Position numbers and translations under genes: made by a program
Notes under the pieces: model-generated
Database searches by the model: none
The model's input: only the letters and a program-made list of their open reading frames with translations
Told to the model about the DNA's origin: nothing
Virus record (IMG/VR): IMGVR_UViG_3300045391_002864
Coordinates: 1-64,000 of that record
DNA: 64,000 nt
Origin: a virus
Strand: one strand, 5' to 3'
In this document: in pieces, positions 7,913 through 18,316 of the stretch
Position numbering within the stretch: the first letter of the stretch is position 1
Layout: each line of letters begins with the position of its first letter

Positions 7913-10812
7913 ACCTTAAAGCCCATGAACGTTGCGGAGTGGGGAGTTCCATTGCCCCTGGTCGCAATAGGCTGCGATAGCCACTTTCCGAGGGACTTCA
8001 TGGCCGTCGAGAACTCGTCGACTGCGGTGCTGAAGGTACTCACGGCCCCGTTGAACTCGTAGAACGAGTCCTCCGAGCCCTGGATGCCGGAGTACCCAGC
8101 GCGGCTCTGCGCGTTTAGGATTTTCTGCTGGTCGGCCGATACGGGCACGACCTGATTGGCGCCGCCGGGCATATTACCGAAGATCGTCTGCGCGTACTGG
8201 CCGCTCGTGTCGCCGCCATAGGTGTTTAGCGCCCGGCTGAGATTTCCGCCGTACCTGTCCAGCAGCGCGCGATCGTAGCGTGCAGCGGCGTTGATCGAGT
8301 CCGTGTTGTTGTTGATATTGCCGCCACCGTACTGCTTCCATGTCGAGGGGAGGAACTGCATCTCGCCGCGCGCGCCAGACGCAGCGTTGTAGTTGTTCTT
8401 CCCGAACGCGGACTCGGTCTTTGCCTGAGACGCCAGGACGACAGGGTTGACGTTGTTCTTCTTCCCAGCGGCTAAGAACGTCGCGATTTGGCTTGCCGGA
8501 ACGCCCATCTGGCGCATCTGTGCGGTGTATTGGTCGTCCTGATTCGCCATATAGCCGCTTTGAGCTTGCTGACCGCCGCGATAGTCGTAGACGGCGCCGA
8601 GCGTCGTCCCAGTCTGCGAGGCTACGAATGACTGAACTTCGGCGCCGCGCAGGCCCAGCGTGTTCGTCGCGAAGTTCGTCATCATGTTAATTGAGGCGTC
8701 GGGGCTGGCCGCCATGATGTTGCCGAGCAGCTGCGCTTTGATCGCCGGAGGTGCCGAAAGCATCTGCTGGATTTCCATTTGTCCAGCCGGCGAGTGCGAT
8801 AGCTGCTGATACGCGTCCGGGCCGATGACGTTCGCAAGGTCAGAGGCATTGCGAATGCGCCCGGCGGCCTGCATCATCATAGCCGCGCGTGCCGGCGAGC
8901 CGAACACGTTGTTCATGGCGCTCGTCGTGCCACCGGCAAGTGCCGCAGCTGACGCGCCCGTGCGGCCGGACGCGGTGCCCGAATAAGTGAACTGCTTGAC
9001 GAAGTCGCTCTCTGTGTTGGCGTTCGCGCCGAGCGCGCCGCCTTGGATTGCGGTCGATAGCGACGACGTCATGGACTGAATCAGAGTCGATTTATCGATG
9101 CCGAGACGCATCGCGTCACTCAAAAGATTCGTCAGGTTCTGAGTGTTGTACGCCAGATTACCGCCCGCGCCGCTGCTGCGCATGAATCCGAGCGTCGACA
9201 TCAACTGGCCCTGGCTCACGTTGCCGAGCGTTGGGTTCAGCTGCGTGGCCTGGAGTTGAACGGCCGTACTCAAAAAGTCGTTCTGGCTCTGCGGCGTGAT
9301 CCCGTACTGCTGCACGAGGCGCACGGCCGACTGAGGGTCGAGGCCGACTTGGCTGAACGCGCTACGAACGCCCCGGTTGAAGTGGCTTCCGGATGGATTC
9401 GTGAATGAGTCCATCATCGCATCGCCGTTCCAGCCGCCCGCGCGCGAGAGGGCGTACATGCCCGTCGCCGTGTTCCGGTAGTCGGATGTTGCGCCCATGA
9501 AGCCGCTGTTCAGGCCGGCGCTAAGCTGCGGCAGGAACGCCACCGTGGAGGCGACGGCCAAGCCGGCAGTGACCGGGTTGTCGAGCATCATACCGGCAAG
9601 GCCGCCGATCTCGCCCAGCGCGCCCATGCCGGCAAAGCGCCCAGCATGGTTCAGGAAGCGCGCGGCGCCGCCACGAATGCCGTTGGTGATGCGGGACCGC
9701 CGCCGATCGTACATGCGGTTTTCGTGGTCTGCATTCTGCCGCATGTAGCGGTACATGGCCGCGTCTTGGGAACTCTGCGCCCTGGCGCGATCCCTGACCC
9801 CACGATCGAAGGCCCGGTTATCCTCGTGCGCGTCCCGCCAAGTGTTTGCCCACGCCCTGGCATCGTCCCGCTGTTGCTGCTTCTGCTGCGCTTTGTCGGC
9901 GACGGCCTGACGCTTCTGATCTGCGGCGGAATCCCTGGCGGTCTGGCGCTCGTGCGCCGCGATCGACGAGGTCTCGCCCCGGCCACCAGCCGGGCGGAAC
10001 ATGCCGCGCTGGCGCTGAAATGGCTCCAGCTGCGAGAAATATTCGTCCAGGCTCTGCGCTGGCCGCTGACGCACCGCGCTTGCAGCATCGAACGCTGGGC
10101 TGGATGGCCCGCGCACACCGCCTAGCGTGCCCAGCAGGTTCGGCGGGTTGGCGCTCTGCTGCGCGAAGTATTCATCCAGGCTCTGCGGCGCCCGGCGGAA
10201 AGAGATAATCCGGCTCGATGCGCCCGCGACTGCAGGCCGGAACGAGCCCTGTCCACCTCTCGCAAGCGCGGAAGCGTCGAGCCTCTGCTGGAACGCGCTT
10301 GGTGCGCCGCTCATCAGCTGCTGGCGCATGGCGGCAGACGGCGCGCTGCTGTTCCCGTTCAGCATGCCCTCGACAGACAGGCGCGCTAAAACTTGGTCGG
10401 GCGAATTGGACGAGCGGCGCGAGCCGGTGCCAGCGCTGGCCGTTGCGGAGACGCTTTCCAGCGTGCGCATATTTGCGGCCATGGCACGCTGCCGCGCAAC
10501 CGCGCCTTCGACGTGCCGATCGGCGAGGGGAGGGGCGTAGCCGGAATCCGACGTCCTGATCGGACTACCTACGCCGGATGAACGACCGCTCGACAAGGCG
10601 CCGGTAGCGCTGCCTAGCGCGGCGGTAAAGCGCTCCAGAGCCTGTGCAGCGCTGCGCGCCGCCGTGCCGAGCGTGCGGACGCTATCGGAAGCGGAGTTCG
10701 ACGAGGAGCCGGCCGCAGAGGCGTCTACGCCCGCGCGGCCTGCTGCCTGATTGAAGCCGTTGCCGCCCGCCGCAGCGCTACTTGGCTTTGTGGAGATCGT
10801 TACTTTGGGCAT
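7909..10812 (-). CDS. tape measure protein with C-terminal lytic transglycosylase (SLT) domain
   Basis: Ala/Gly-rich 967 aa; TESAF...SGARGEMQFLPSTW...AAARY SLT motifs; follows the chaperone genes. Confidence 0.85.
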   Translation of the reverse strand: MPKVTISTKPSSAAAGGNGFNQAAGRAGVDASAAGSSSNSASDSVRTLGTAARSAAQALERFTAALGSATGALSSGRSSGVGSPIRTSDSGYAPPLADRHVEGAVARQRAMAANMRTLESVSATASAGTGSRRSSNSPDQVLARLSVEGMLNGNSSAPSAAMRQQLMSGAPSAFQQRLDASALARGGQGSFRPAVAGASSRIISFRRAPQSLDEYFAQQSANPPNLLGTLGGVRGPSSPAFDAASAVRQRPAQSLDEYFSQLEPFQRQRGMFRPAGGRGETSSIAAHERQTARDSAADQKRQAVADKAQQKQQQRDDARAWANTWRDAHEDNRAFDRGVRDRARAQSSQDAAMYRYMRQNADHENRMYDRRRSRITNGIRGGAARFLNHAGRFAGMGALGEIGGLAGMMLDNPVTAGLAVASTVAFLPQLSAGLNSGFMGATSDYRNTATGMYALSRAGGWNGDAMMDSFTNPSGSHFNRGVRSAFSQVGLDPQSAVRLVQQYGITPQSQNDFLSTAVQLQATQLNPTLGNVSQGQLMSTLGFMRSSGAGGNLAYNTQNLTNLLSDAMRLGIDKSTLIQSMTSSLSTAIQGGALGANANTESDFVKQFTYSGTASGRTGASAAALAGGTTSAMNNVFGSPARAAMMMQAAGRIRNASDLANVIGPDAYQQLSHSPAGQMEIQQMLSAPPAIKAQLLGNIMAASPDASINMMTNFATNTLGLRGAEVQSFVASQTGTTLGAVYDYRGGQQAQSGYMANQDDQYTAQMRQMGVPASQIATFLAAGKKNNVNPVVLASQAKTESAFGKNNYNAASGARGEMQFLPSTWKQYGGGNINNNTDSINAAARYDRALLDRYGGNLSRALNTYGGDTSGQYAQTIFGNMPGGANQVVPVSADQQKILNAQSRAGYSGIQGSEDSFYEFNGAVSTFSTAVDEFSTAMKSLGKWLSQPIATRGNGTPHSATFMGFKV

Positions 10813-11165
10813 CAGCCGGCGGTCCTTTGATTACGCCAAGGCGCGGCCTGGAGGACGCAAGCCGCCTCCGCCACTCGATCGCTTTGGTGTTGAGCATCGG
10901 CATAATGTACTCGGTGAGCGCGTTTCCGCGCAGAACACGGGTCCATGCCGCGCTGATCTCAGACTGAGGTGACTTGCTGTCCTTACGCGTGAAGGAAAAC
11001 TCTTTCGGGTGATCCTGCGCGTACATCTCCAAAATGAAGTCCAGCTGCGCCTCGTTCAGCGCGAGCAGTTCGTCGCGAAAGGGGTTATGGTGCCCCTGGA
11101 TGACTGCTACGCGCCAAAGTTTTTCACCGAGGCGTGTTCCAGTTGGCAGTCCGTTCCGCGCGAAA
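10778..11165 (-). CDS. tail assembly chaperone, frameshifted C-terminal segment
   Basis: Overlaps the upstream chaperone ORF in the +1 frame and lacks a convincing start of its own. Confidence 0.55.
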
Positions 11166-11543
11166 TCGGGCGAGTTCCGCGTCAAGCTGGATACCGACCA
11201 TCAGGACGGTGTCGAGCTTGTCCACAGGAAACTTGGTGTGATCGACAGCGGGCTTGCCGTCCTGGCCCGCCGTGTACGGCCACTTGACGCCGGCAGAAAC
11301 GAGGAGGGTTTCGAAGGCAGCGCAGGACCACGCGAGCATCAGCGTCTCTTGATCGATGCCGACCAGATCGCCTGACCCGGTCGGGTCATACCGGCGTCGG
11401 ACGGCTTTCGCCGCCATGCCGAGCCGGATGTTCTCGGCCACGCCCGGAATCGTGAACTCGTATTTGATGGCCGGGTTCGCCGGGTCGTCAATCTCGACGG
11501 TGCTTTTCAGGACGCTTTCCGCCGGGGCTGCTGTATCTGCCAA
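11124..11543 (-). CDS. tail assembly chaperone
   Basis: Position between tube and tape measure genes. Confidence 0.65.
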   Translation of the reverse strand: MADTAAPAESVLKSTVEIDDPANPAIKYEFTIPGVAENIRLGMAAKAVRRRYDPTGSGDLVGIDQETLMLAWSCAAFETLLVSAGVKWPYTAGQDGKPAVDHTKFPVDKLDTVLMVGIQLDAELARFRAERTANWNTPR

Positions 11544-11628
11544 TGTCTGCGACTTTCGATTGAGGGGTAGGGAAGGGCGGCGGGACGTTAAATCTCCGTC
11601 CCGCCGTCAGCGGCAATGCCGCTAATCA

Positions 11629-12144
11629 TTAGACGCCGCCGATCGCGCCGGCCGCCGATGCAGCAGCCGTGGAGACGGTGATCGCCGAGTTCGAGTTGAG
11701 GACGCTGTTGCCGTTGGCATCGAGCACGTCCATCGCCAGGAACGGGATGTCCTGCGTCACCGGCTGGTTCGCGGCGATCGTCTCGGCATAGCTCTGCGCG
11801 ACGCATCCAACATACGTGAAGATCGGCTGGTTCGTCTGCCCGTCGACGACGTGCAGATCGAATTGGTTATTGCCGAGCAGGTACGCGATGTTGTTCCCGC
11901 CGGCCAGCGCCGTCATGCCGGCCTGAGTGAGCGCGAACGCACTCAGGGTAATCGACGGGCTGATCCGCAGCTGCTGGATTTCTTGCGGTAGCGCATTGCC
12001 GACGCCGTACAGCCCTTCAGTGCCAAAAGAGAACTGATGCGAAGCGGTCTGCGCGAATGCCATGACCTGATCGCCCACGAGGACAGCGACTTGGTTCGCG
12101 TTCCTCGCTTTGTAGTTAAGGGTCGTCTGAGAAAAACCGGGCAT
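11629..12144 (-). CDS. tail tube protein
   Basis: 171 aa directly after the sheath; FGTEGLYGVG..PQE motif. Confidence 0.8.
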   Translation of the reverse strand: MPGFSQTTLNYKARNANQVAVLVGDQVMAFAQTASHQFSFGTEGLYGVGNALPQEIQQLRISPSITLSAFALTQAGMTALAGGNNIAYLLGNNQFDLHVVDGQTNQPIFTYVGCVAQSYAETIAANQPVTQDIPFLAMDVLDANGNSVLNSNSAITVSTAAASAAGAIGGV

Positions 12145-12153
12145 CTTGTCCTC

Positions 12154-13944
12154 TTAGTTCGACGACAGCGTGGTCGTGGCGGAGTAGGTCTGAACAGGAA
12201 CGAAGATCGTGATGAACCGATTCTGACCAACGATAGTGACATTGACGCTAATGGCAGCGGTCTGATTGGCGCCCGTGTAGACCAGTTGAAGCGACGTGGC
12301 GTCCCAGGAGGCCAGGACCGCGTTGTTCGTGTTGGCGCTCGTCTGCACCAGCCCGTTCAGCGCCTTCTTGGCCGCGTTCAGGATTTTCACCTCATCGAGC
12401 GGCGCGGCGATCGTGCCAACGTATGGCTGTGCTGCGCTGACCAGCGTGTAGGCAACCCAGTAACGGCACGCGATCTGCTGCGTGAACACGTTCAGCGGGT
12501 CGGCGTCGGCCTGCCAAGTCGTGTAGTCGCTGATGATGCGCGGGATGTTCGTGCTGTCAGGCATGACAGGCATGACGCCGCCCTGCTGGAGCGTGTCGAG
12601 ATCGGTGTCAGAGATCGCGACCTCGACGTCGACGGCCTGAAGCTGCTGGTTCGTGAGCGGCTGCGCGACGTTATTACCGCAGGCAATGGCGGCAGCAGCC
12701 GCGCCGGCCATATAGCCGCCGTACATGGTGGTGACGCCGGTCGTCGGGTTGGTGACACTGATGCCCGGATACGCGTAGCAGACCGACTTGTTGTTGATCG
12801 CCTGTGCCTCGGAGACGGCGCCCGACACGGTCTCACCCAGCGGGGAGCCCGTGAAGAACCGGCGCCACCGGCCCATGACCGTCGAGGATGCTTGTGTGGT
12901 GTTCTCGGACGCAAGGGCAATGACATCGGTGTCGTCGGTGTCCAGCACGAGAACCCAGCCCGGCACCATCAGCGAGGCGTTCAGGCAGTTCGCATAGTCC
13001 TGCGTGGTCGGCGGTACGCTGACGGCACCGCTGAAGTGCTGGCTCGTGACTGTCTCGAATACGATGCCGCCGACAGCCGGATAATGCGTGTTACCGCGAA
13101 CCGCCGTCACGAGATCAGATGCATACTGGTTTGCCCAGTACACCGGCCCGTTCCACGACGCAGTCAGAGTCACGTACTGGACTGCACCAGCGACAGGTGC
13201 CGGAAGCATGTAGCTGCCGATATCGAAGTCAGCCAACGGCACTGTGCCGTCGCCGATGATATTTCCGGTGAAGTCGAGCGAGCCGATCAGATACTCGTAA
13301 AGCTCGCTGGCAGTCGTGTATCCGGAAGGACCGATCTGGAGAGTCGCAACAGTCGCGCCAGCATCAGTCAGGATGATCTCGGTCGGCGCGCCGGTCATCT
13401 CCGGGTCAGCGAACTCGATCATGCCGTAGGTGCCCATGCCGATGTAGCCGGCCTGGAGCGGAACGCCGACGTTGTCCTGCGATTCGATTTCGCCGGAGTA
13501 GCCGTCGTACAGCGTGATATTGATGCCGGCGCCGTTATAGACAGGCGTTGCACTCAGCTGAAGTTGGTTCGAGGGCGAGCCGTAGTTGACGCTCGTAAAG
13601 ACGGTGTTCGAGATCATGCCCGACGCGATCAGCCCGGTCATGGACTGTGTGTTTTCAGACGCGTTGAAATACGTGATCTGCTGCGCACCGTTCAGAGCCG
13701 GCGACGGGTCGTCGAGCACAGGCGCGAACATGCCGCACGGGCCGCCGCGCAGGAATGCTTGCCATGCCGCGACGGAGTCAAAGGTGTAGGGCGTGGCCGG
13801 CTTACCGCCGTATCCGTAGCCAATGAAGACCAGGGGCGGAACCGGAAGTGCGGGATTCGGGTTTACGCCGGTCGGCTGATCGGCCTCATACGCGCCCGGT
13901 TTCGACAGGGTCGCGCCCTGGAACGAGATATTCATGTTGGGCAT
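12154..13944 (-). CDS. tail sheath protein
   Basis: 596 aa; N-terminal KPGAYE, C-terminal PLTN..L, RII.DYTTW. Confidence 0.85.
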   Translation of the reverse strand: MPNMNISFQGATLSKPGAYEADQPTGVNPNPALPVPPLVFIGYGYGGKPATPYTFDSVAAWQAFLRGGPCGMFAPVLDDPSPALNGAQQITYFNASENTQSMTGLIASGMISNTVFTSVNYGSPSNQLQLSATPVYNGAGINITLYDGYSGEIESQDNVGVPLQAGYIGMGTYGMIEFADPEMTGAPTEIILTDAGATVATLQIGPSGYTTASELYEYLIGSLDFTGNIIGDGTVPLADFDIGSYMLPAPVAGAVQYVTLTASWNGPVYWANQYASDLVTAVRGNTHYPAVGGIVFETVTSQHFSGAVSVPPTTQDYANCLNASLMVPGWVLVLDTDDTDVIALASENTTQASSTVMGRWRRFFTGSPLGETVSGAVSEAQAINNKSVCYAYPGISVTNPTTGVTTMYGGYMAGAAAAAIACGNNVAQPLTNQQLQAVDVEVAISDTDLDTLQQGGVMPVMPDSTNIPRIISDYTTWQADADPLNVFTQQIACRYWVAYTLVSAAQPYVGTIAAPLDEVKILNAAKKALNGLVQTSANTNNAVLASWDATSLQLVYTGANQTAAISVNVTIVGQNRFITIFVPVQTYSATTTLSSN

Positions 13945-13950
13945 TGGAAA

Positions 13951-14205
13951 TTACCTCGCGCGGGTGCGGACGCGGATGACGCGGCTGGTTTTGGGGCGAG
14001 CAACGGTCTTGCCTCGGTAGGTGTCCACGAGGGACTTCCAGGCCGCGACCGTGCGGACCTCATTGATGTGGTTCTTCCTGACAATCGCGGCGTACACGGA
14101 GTCAGGAGAGCCGGACAAAGACGCGGCAAACCGAACTGCCGTGACACGGGTCGCGGGATCAATGGTCGCCGGAATCGGCAGATGCGGAGCGGGCTTCATG
14201 GGCAA
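13951..14205 (-). CDS. small basic hypothetical protein
   Basis: Fills the gap upstream of the sheath gene. Confidence 0.5.
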   Translation of the reverse strand: MPMKPAPHLPIPATIDPATRVTAVRFAASLSGSPDSVYAAIVRKNHINEVRTVAAWKSLVDTYRGKTVARPKTSRVIRVRTRAR

Positions 14206-14241
14206 CTATATACGGGACGAAAAATCTATCCCGCAGAGCAC

Positions 14242-15138
14242 TCACGCAGAAGAAAGCGGAACCTGAACTTCGATCGCTGCACTTGGATTGGCGTCAGGCA
14301 TGACGTCAAAGGTGATCGTCTCGATTGTGCCGTAGTTAACCGCGATTCCGGTGTTCATGTTGCCTTCAAAGACGAACATGATGTCGGCGAGATAGAAGCC
14401 CGGAGTATCGTCGGCCTGTGCGACAGTCTGCGATTCTGCCTGCCACCGATGCCGGATGTTTCGGCCGAGCGGCGCGAATAGATCGATCGCCAGTGTCTGG
14501 AAAACGCCGATCAGGAAGTCGCGGATGAAATCGCGCTCCGGCGAGTTGCGGGCCATGATGTTCATTCGCCACACGCGCCGGCCATAGCCTGCGACCGTGA
14601 CCATGCCATCGTTGTCCGGGTCGAGCACGTCCTGGCCGATCGGCACGTCTGTCTGCTGGAGCAGTTCTTCGTTCACCATCACGAAGGGTAGGGGCGGAAA
14701 GCCAACGATTGGCATCGTCGACTGGACTTCAGGCTTCTGCATGCCGGCAGGCATTTTTAGCGACTGAAATGCGCCCTGGAGCACGCGGATAACGGTGTCA
14801 TTCATGCCGTCCGGTATGATCGACAGCAGCTGGCCTACCGTGACGGTTTCCGTCGCCGCGTACGGTGCGCCGTCGATAACAGCCGACACGTTATAGGTGT
14901 ATGCGCCCGGCGGGATCGGACCTGTGATCGTGTTTCCGTTCGCATCTAGGCCGTCGCCGAGATCGAGGAACAAGGGGTTTATCGGGTCGTCCGCGACGAC
15001 GGTCACAGGGATGCCGCCGGTCGGCGTGCGCGTGATCGTGTACGTCCCTGACGGCGCGACGCCGGTCGACGGGTCGCGGAAGTCGAGGAAGCAGGAGCCC
15101 CCGATCATGAATGGATTAACGGTGAGATTTAAGCTCAT
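14242..15138 (-). CDS. neck/tail completion protein
   Basis: Position upstream of the sheath; start ATG at 15138 coupled to the upstream stop. Confidence 0.55.
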   Translation of the reverse strand: MSLNLTVNPFMIGGSCFLDFRDPSTGVAPSGTYTITRTPTGGIPVTVVADDPINPLFLDLGDGLDANGNTITGPIPPGAYTYNVSAVIDGAPYAATETVTVGQLLSIIPDGMNDTVIRVLQGAFQSLKMPAGMQKPEVQSTMPIVGFPPLPFVMVNEELLQQTDVPIGQDVLDPDNDGMVTVAGYGRRVWRMNIMARNSPERDFIRDFLIGVFQTLAIDLFAPLGRNIRHRWQAESQTVAQADDTPGFYLADIMFVFEGNMNTGIAVNYGTIETITFDVMPDANPSAAIEVQVPLSSA

Positions 15139-15635
15139 GATGCCTGGAGCGCCATTGTCTTTGCGAGTTGAGCGAGATGTCGGGCCGGCGAGTAGGCGCG
15201 CATTGCAGGAAGCCACCAGCTGTCAGGCCGGGCATTCACGCTTAGGAACGCGCCGCCGGTATCCTGATATTCCCGCGCCTCTGCCCACATCTGCGGGCCT
15301 AGCCCCTTCGGCTGGCCGTACGAGCCCCGGTGCATGGGATACCATCCGGGCTTAAATTTGGTCTTCAAGTCGAAGCGTCCGTGGCCTTTTTCGATAATGC
15401 CGCCTTCTGGCGCGATCTCCTCATCAGCGAGGATCGAGTACGCGTAGGCGCTCTCCTTCACGAGCTTGATCGATGCGGCATATTTCCCGGTCGGATGCGC
15501 AAGCGAGCGCCCGCCCAGTGTCCGCTCGCCAAGTGCGAACTGGAGCCACATTTTGTAGATTTCGCCCGCGATCTGGCCGATTTGCTCCGGCGGCAGGCTC
15601 GTCTTGACTTCGTAGTAAACGCCGGACTGGGTCAT
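15135..15635 (-). CDS. neck/tail completion protein
   Basis: TGKYAASI, IIEKGHGRFDLK; neck-cluster position. Confidence 0.55.
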   Translation of the reverse strand: MTQSGVYYEVKTSLPPEQIGQIAGEIYKMWLQFALGERTLGGRSLAHPTGKYAASIKLVKESAYAYSILADEEIAPEGGIIEKGHGRFDLKTKFKPGWYPMHRGSYGQPKGLGPQMWAEAREYQDTGGAFLSVNARPDSWWLPAMRAYSPARHLAQLAKTMALQAS

Positions 15636-16453
15636 AGCTTCCCGACCGTCGCGCGCGGCAGCTGCGGCGCCGACATCGGGGCGCCTGGTTTCGTGTCATC
15701 CGCATGCTCGAACCGGGCGCGCAGCCAAATGTCGATCTGGCGCGCCTGGAAGCGGCGAGGGAGGCTCTGCCCTTGCGCCATGCCGAAGGGACGGACGTGC
15801 GGCTGGCCGCCGGGCTTGCGGTTGATGAGGTAGACGGGGGACGCGGTGAACTCGACCACGTATGGCGTGCCCTGCGGCAAATTCGTCAAAACCTGATTTT
15901 CGTAGACCGTGTACGAGGTAATGCCGGAGACTTCGTACGTCTGCGAGTTCCAGACTGTGACCGCGCCACCGGATGCAATGGACAGGTTCTCGAAAAAGGG
16001 AACGACTTCGCGCACGCCCGCGATCAGCACTGCGTTGTAGCGAGCGGTCGCGTCCACCTCGATAAATTGGTCGTCGACGGACGCCTCTGCCCAGGCGATC
16101 GGATTCACGGACTCTGCGAGCGTGATGCTCGGCGAGCCGGTCAGTTCCTGGCCCCAGGTCGCGTCGAGCCGCGCGCCGGGCTCGTCCGGAGAACGGTTCA
16201 TATTCATAAGTGTCAACAAAACCGGGAAGGGATCACTCGGCGCGTCCCAGTAGACGCCCGTGCCGTGGCATGTCCTGCAATTCGGTTTAGCGGTCCCGGT
16301 GACGCCGGGAATGCCGCTCATGCCGCCGCCGGTCGCCGTGCAGGGGCACGCGTGCGACTTCCGCCAAACGACATTCACGCTGTTGGCGGTGATGAGGTTG
16401 TCGAAGTTCTGCTGAAACAGGCCGTACGCGGCCTGCGGGGTAGGGGCGGGCAT
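15632..16453 (-). CDS. head-tail joining protein with CPC...CxxCxG zinc motif
   Basis: WRKSHACPC...CRTCHGTG motif; neck-cluster position. Confidence 0.6.
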   Translation of the reverse strand: MPAPTPQAAYGLFQQNFDNLITANSVNVVWRKSHACPCTATGGGMSGIPGVTGTAKPNCRTCHGTGVYWDAPSDPFPVLLTLMNMNRSPDEPGARLDATWGQELTGSPSITLAESVNPIAWAEASVDDQFIEVDATARYNAVLIAGVREVVPFFENLSIASGGAVTVWNSQTYEVSGITSYTVYENQVLTNLPQGTPYVVEFTASPVYLINRKPGGQPHVRPFGMAQGQSLPRRFQARQIDIWLRARFEHADDTKPGAPMSAPQLPRATVGKL

Positions 16454-16504
16454 AAGGCAGTTCTAACGCCTGCGCCGCCCCGGCTGTCAGACCACGCTAT
16501 TCGG

Positions 16505-17062
16505 TCAGGTCATTCTCGGCAGCGTGACGCCAAGCTGGCCCATGTATTTCCCGGCCTTGTCGGCATAGGAGGTTTCGCACGGTGCATGGCCCTTGAGGAA
16601 CAGGAACTGGCAGATGCCCTCGCCAGCATATATTTTTGCCGGCAGCGGCGTGGTATTGGAAATCTCGATCGTCACTTGGCCTTCCCATTCCGGCTCCAGC
16701 GGCGTGACATTCACGATGATGCCGCAGCGCGCGTAGGTCGACTTGCCCATGCAGACGACGAGCACATCGCGCGGGATGCGGAAATACTCGACGGTGTGCG
16801 TGAGGGCGAAGCTGTTCGGCGGGATGATGCAGACCGGGCCTGTGCGGTCGACGAAGCCCGCCGGGTCAAACGACTTTGGGTCGACGATGGCACTGTCGAC
16901 ATTGGTAAAGACCTTGAACTGGTCGGAGCACCGGGCATCGTAGCCGTAGGACGATAGGCCGTAGGAGATCACGCCGTCGCGCTTCTGCGTCTCGACGAAC
17001 GGTGCAATCATCCCTGATCTGAGGGCATGCTTGCGAATCCAACGGTCTGACATCACTGGCAT
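16505..17062 (-). CDS. dcd: dCTP deaminase
   Basis: [42 protein letters not shown]. Confidence 0.95.
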   Translation of the reverse strand: MPVMSDRWIRKHALRSGMIAPFVETQKRDGVISYGLSSYGYDARCSDQFKVFTNVDSAIVDPKSFDPAGFVDRTGPVCIIPPNSFALTHTVEYFRIPRDVLVVCMGKSTYARCGIIVNVTPLEPEWEGQVTIEISNTTPLPAKIYAGEGICQFLFLKGHAPCETSYADKAGKYMGQLGVTLPRMT

Positions 17063-17318
17063 GGGCCTAAGTCTCCTGTGTTTTGGCGGGAGACGTAGAC
17101 TCGCTGTCAGCGACAATGTCAATGCCGTTGTTTTGACAGATGCGCGAGCACGTGCGATAAAGGTGCCACGCCAGCTTATCCGTCAGGGCGCAAACAAGAC
17201 GCGAGGCTCCCGAGACCGCAAGGCGTAGGGACAGATTCCATCCGGCTGTAGGATGGGGAGCGCTGTCAACTGCTGTAGCGCGGAGCGGGTGCAAGCCCCG
17301 GCCTTCCCGGCGCTATCC

Positions 17319-18314
17319 TTACAAGCCGATAAACGAAGGCCCCGACACTTTATTTCTCGCGGTGGATAGCAGTTCGTCGCGCTGACGCGTGAACATTTCA
17401 ATCAGCCCCGAGTAGGCACCGTTCGGGTTGTAGCTTAGACGCTGCTGCAAGCCGTCAACCGTCGTCTGGCTGTCTTTCACGCCAAAGTTTACGCTGCCCT
17501 GGAGGATTGCAAGCGCCCGAATGGCGACGGTCGCCAGGACGAGGTTCAACATGAACGCGTACTTCATGTTGTAATCGCTAGGAGTCAAACCTGCACAATA
17601 TTGAAGCCAGATTCCGCCAGGAACAGATTGCGCGAAGCCCTGGAAAGTAAGTTGCAAGGCAAACAAAGGCAACATTTGAATGTTCGTAGACGGAACGAGG
17701 CGGATCAAACCAAAATCCTGATCTTCAACAAACCACGAAGCATCGACGCGAAAATAGTCGTTCAGAAGTGGATAGATGTACGCCCAGTTTTTGACTGCGG
17801 TCGGATCATTCGGATGCGAGCCCCGAATGGGCCGGTAGCGCAGCTGCTGGTACATCCATCCGCTGTCCTGCGCACGACTGAAATCGAAATCGTACGGCTG
17901 GTCATCGAGGTCATAATCGATGCCCATCTGCTGAATCTGGCCGTTCGTCGTCGACAGGCCGGTATTCATGGTCGCCTGCGGCGTCTTGGTTGGCGGAGCG
18001 GCAACCCATGTCTGCGTCAGCAGGAGGTTCGTCTGCTGCTCGATGTCATCCTCCGCCCAGCGAATCCACGAGATGACTGTGGCATCCGGAATCGGAATCG
18101 GCGCACCGCCGTTGGGCGGGTAGATGACCAGGGGCACGCCGAGGAAGTTGGCGACGTCGGCCGGCAGCAGGCCGGTCTTCGTCGGCGCGCCGTTCGCATA
18201 GGAGGTGACGGTCGGCCAGTTGGTCGACGTGTCCCATGTCCACAGCGCCCGCGTGACGGTCGGGGCCGGGAGGCCGTTCTGGTCGATCCCGTTGGAGTTG
18301 ATGGAATCAGCCAC
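17319..18314 (-). CDS. head-tail connector/neck protein
   Basis: Downstream of the capsid; C-terminal SQTTVDGLQQRLSY...AYSGLI pattern of adaptor proteins. Confidence 0.6.
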   Translation of the reverse strand: MADSINSNGIDQNGLPAPTVTRALWTWDTSTNWPTVTSYANGAPTKTGLLPADVANFLGVPLVIYPPNGGAPIPIPDATVISWIRWAEDDIEQQTNLLLTQTWVAAPPTKTPQATMNTGLSTTNGQIQQMGIDYDLDDQPYDFDFSRAQDSGWMYQQLRYRPIRGSHPNDPTAVKNWAYIYPLLNDYFRVDASWFVEDQDFGLIRLVPSTNIQMLPLFALQLTFQGFAQSVPGGIWLQYCAGLTPSDYNMKYAFMLNLVLATVAIRALAILQGSVNFGVKDSQTTVDGLQQRLSYNPNGAYSGLIEMFTRQRDELLSTARNKVSGPSFIGL

Positions 18315-18316
18315 GC

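Noticed and set aside
9960-10200. Repeated AQSLDEYF peptide in the tape measure
   Set aside because: Short internal duplication, ordinary for tape measure proteins
12037-14481. 814-aa plus-strand ORF
   Set aside because: Antisense shadow of the sheath gene caused by GC-rich codon bias; Arg-rich with no motifs
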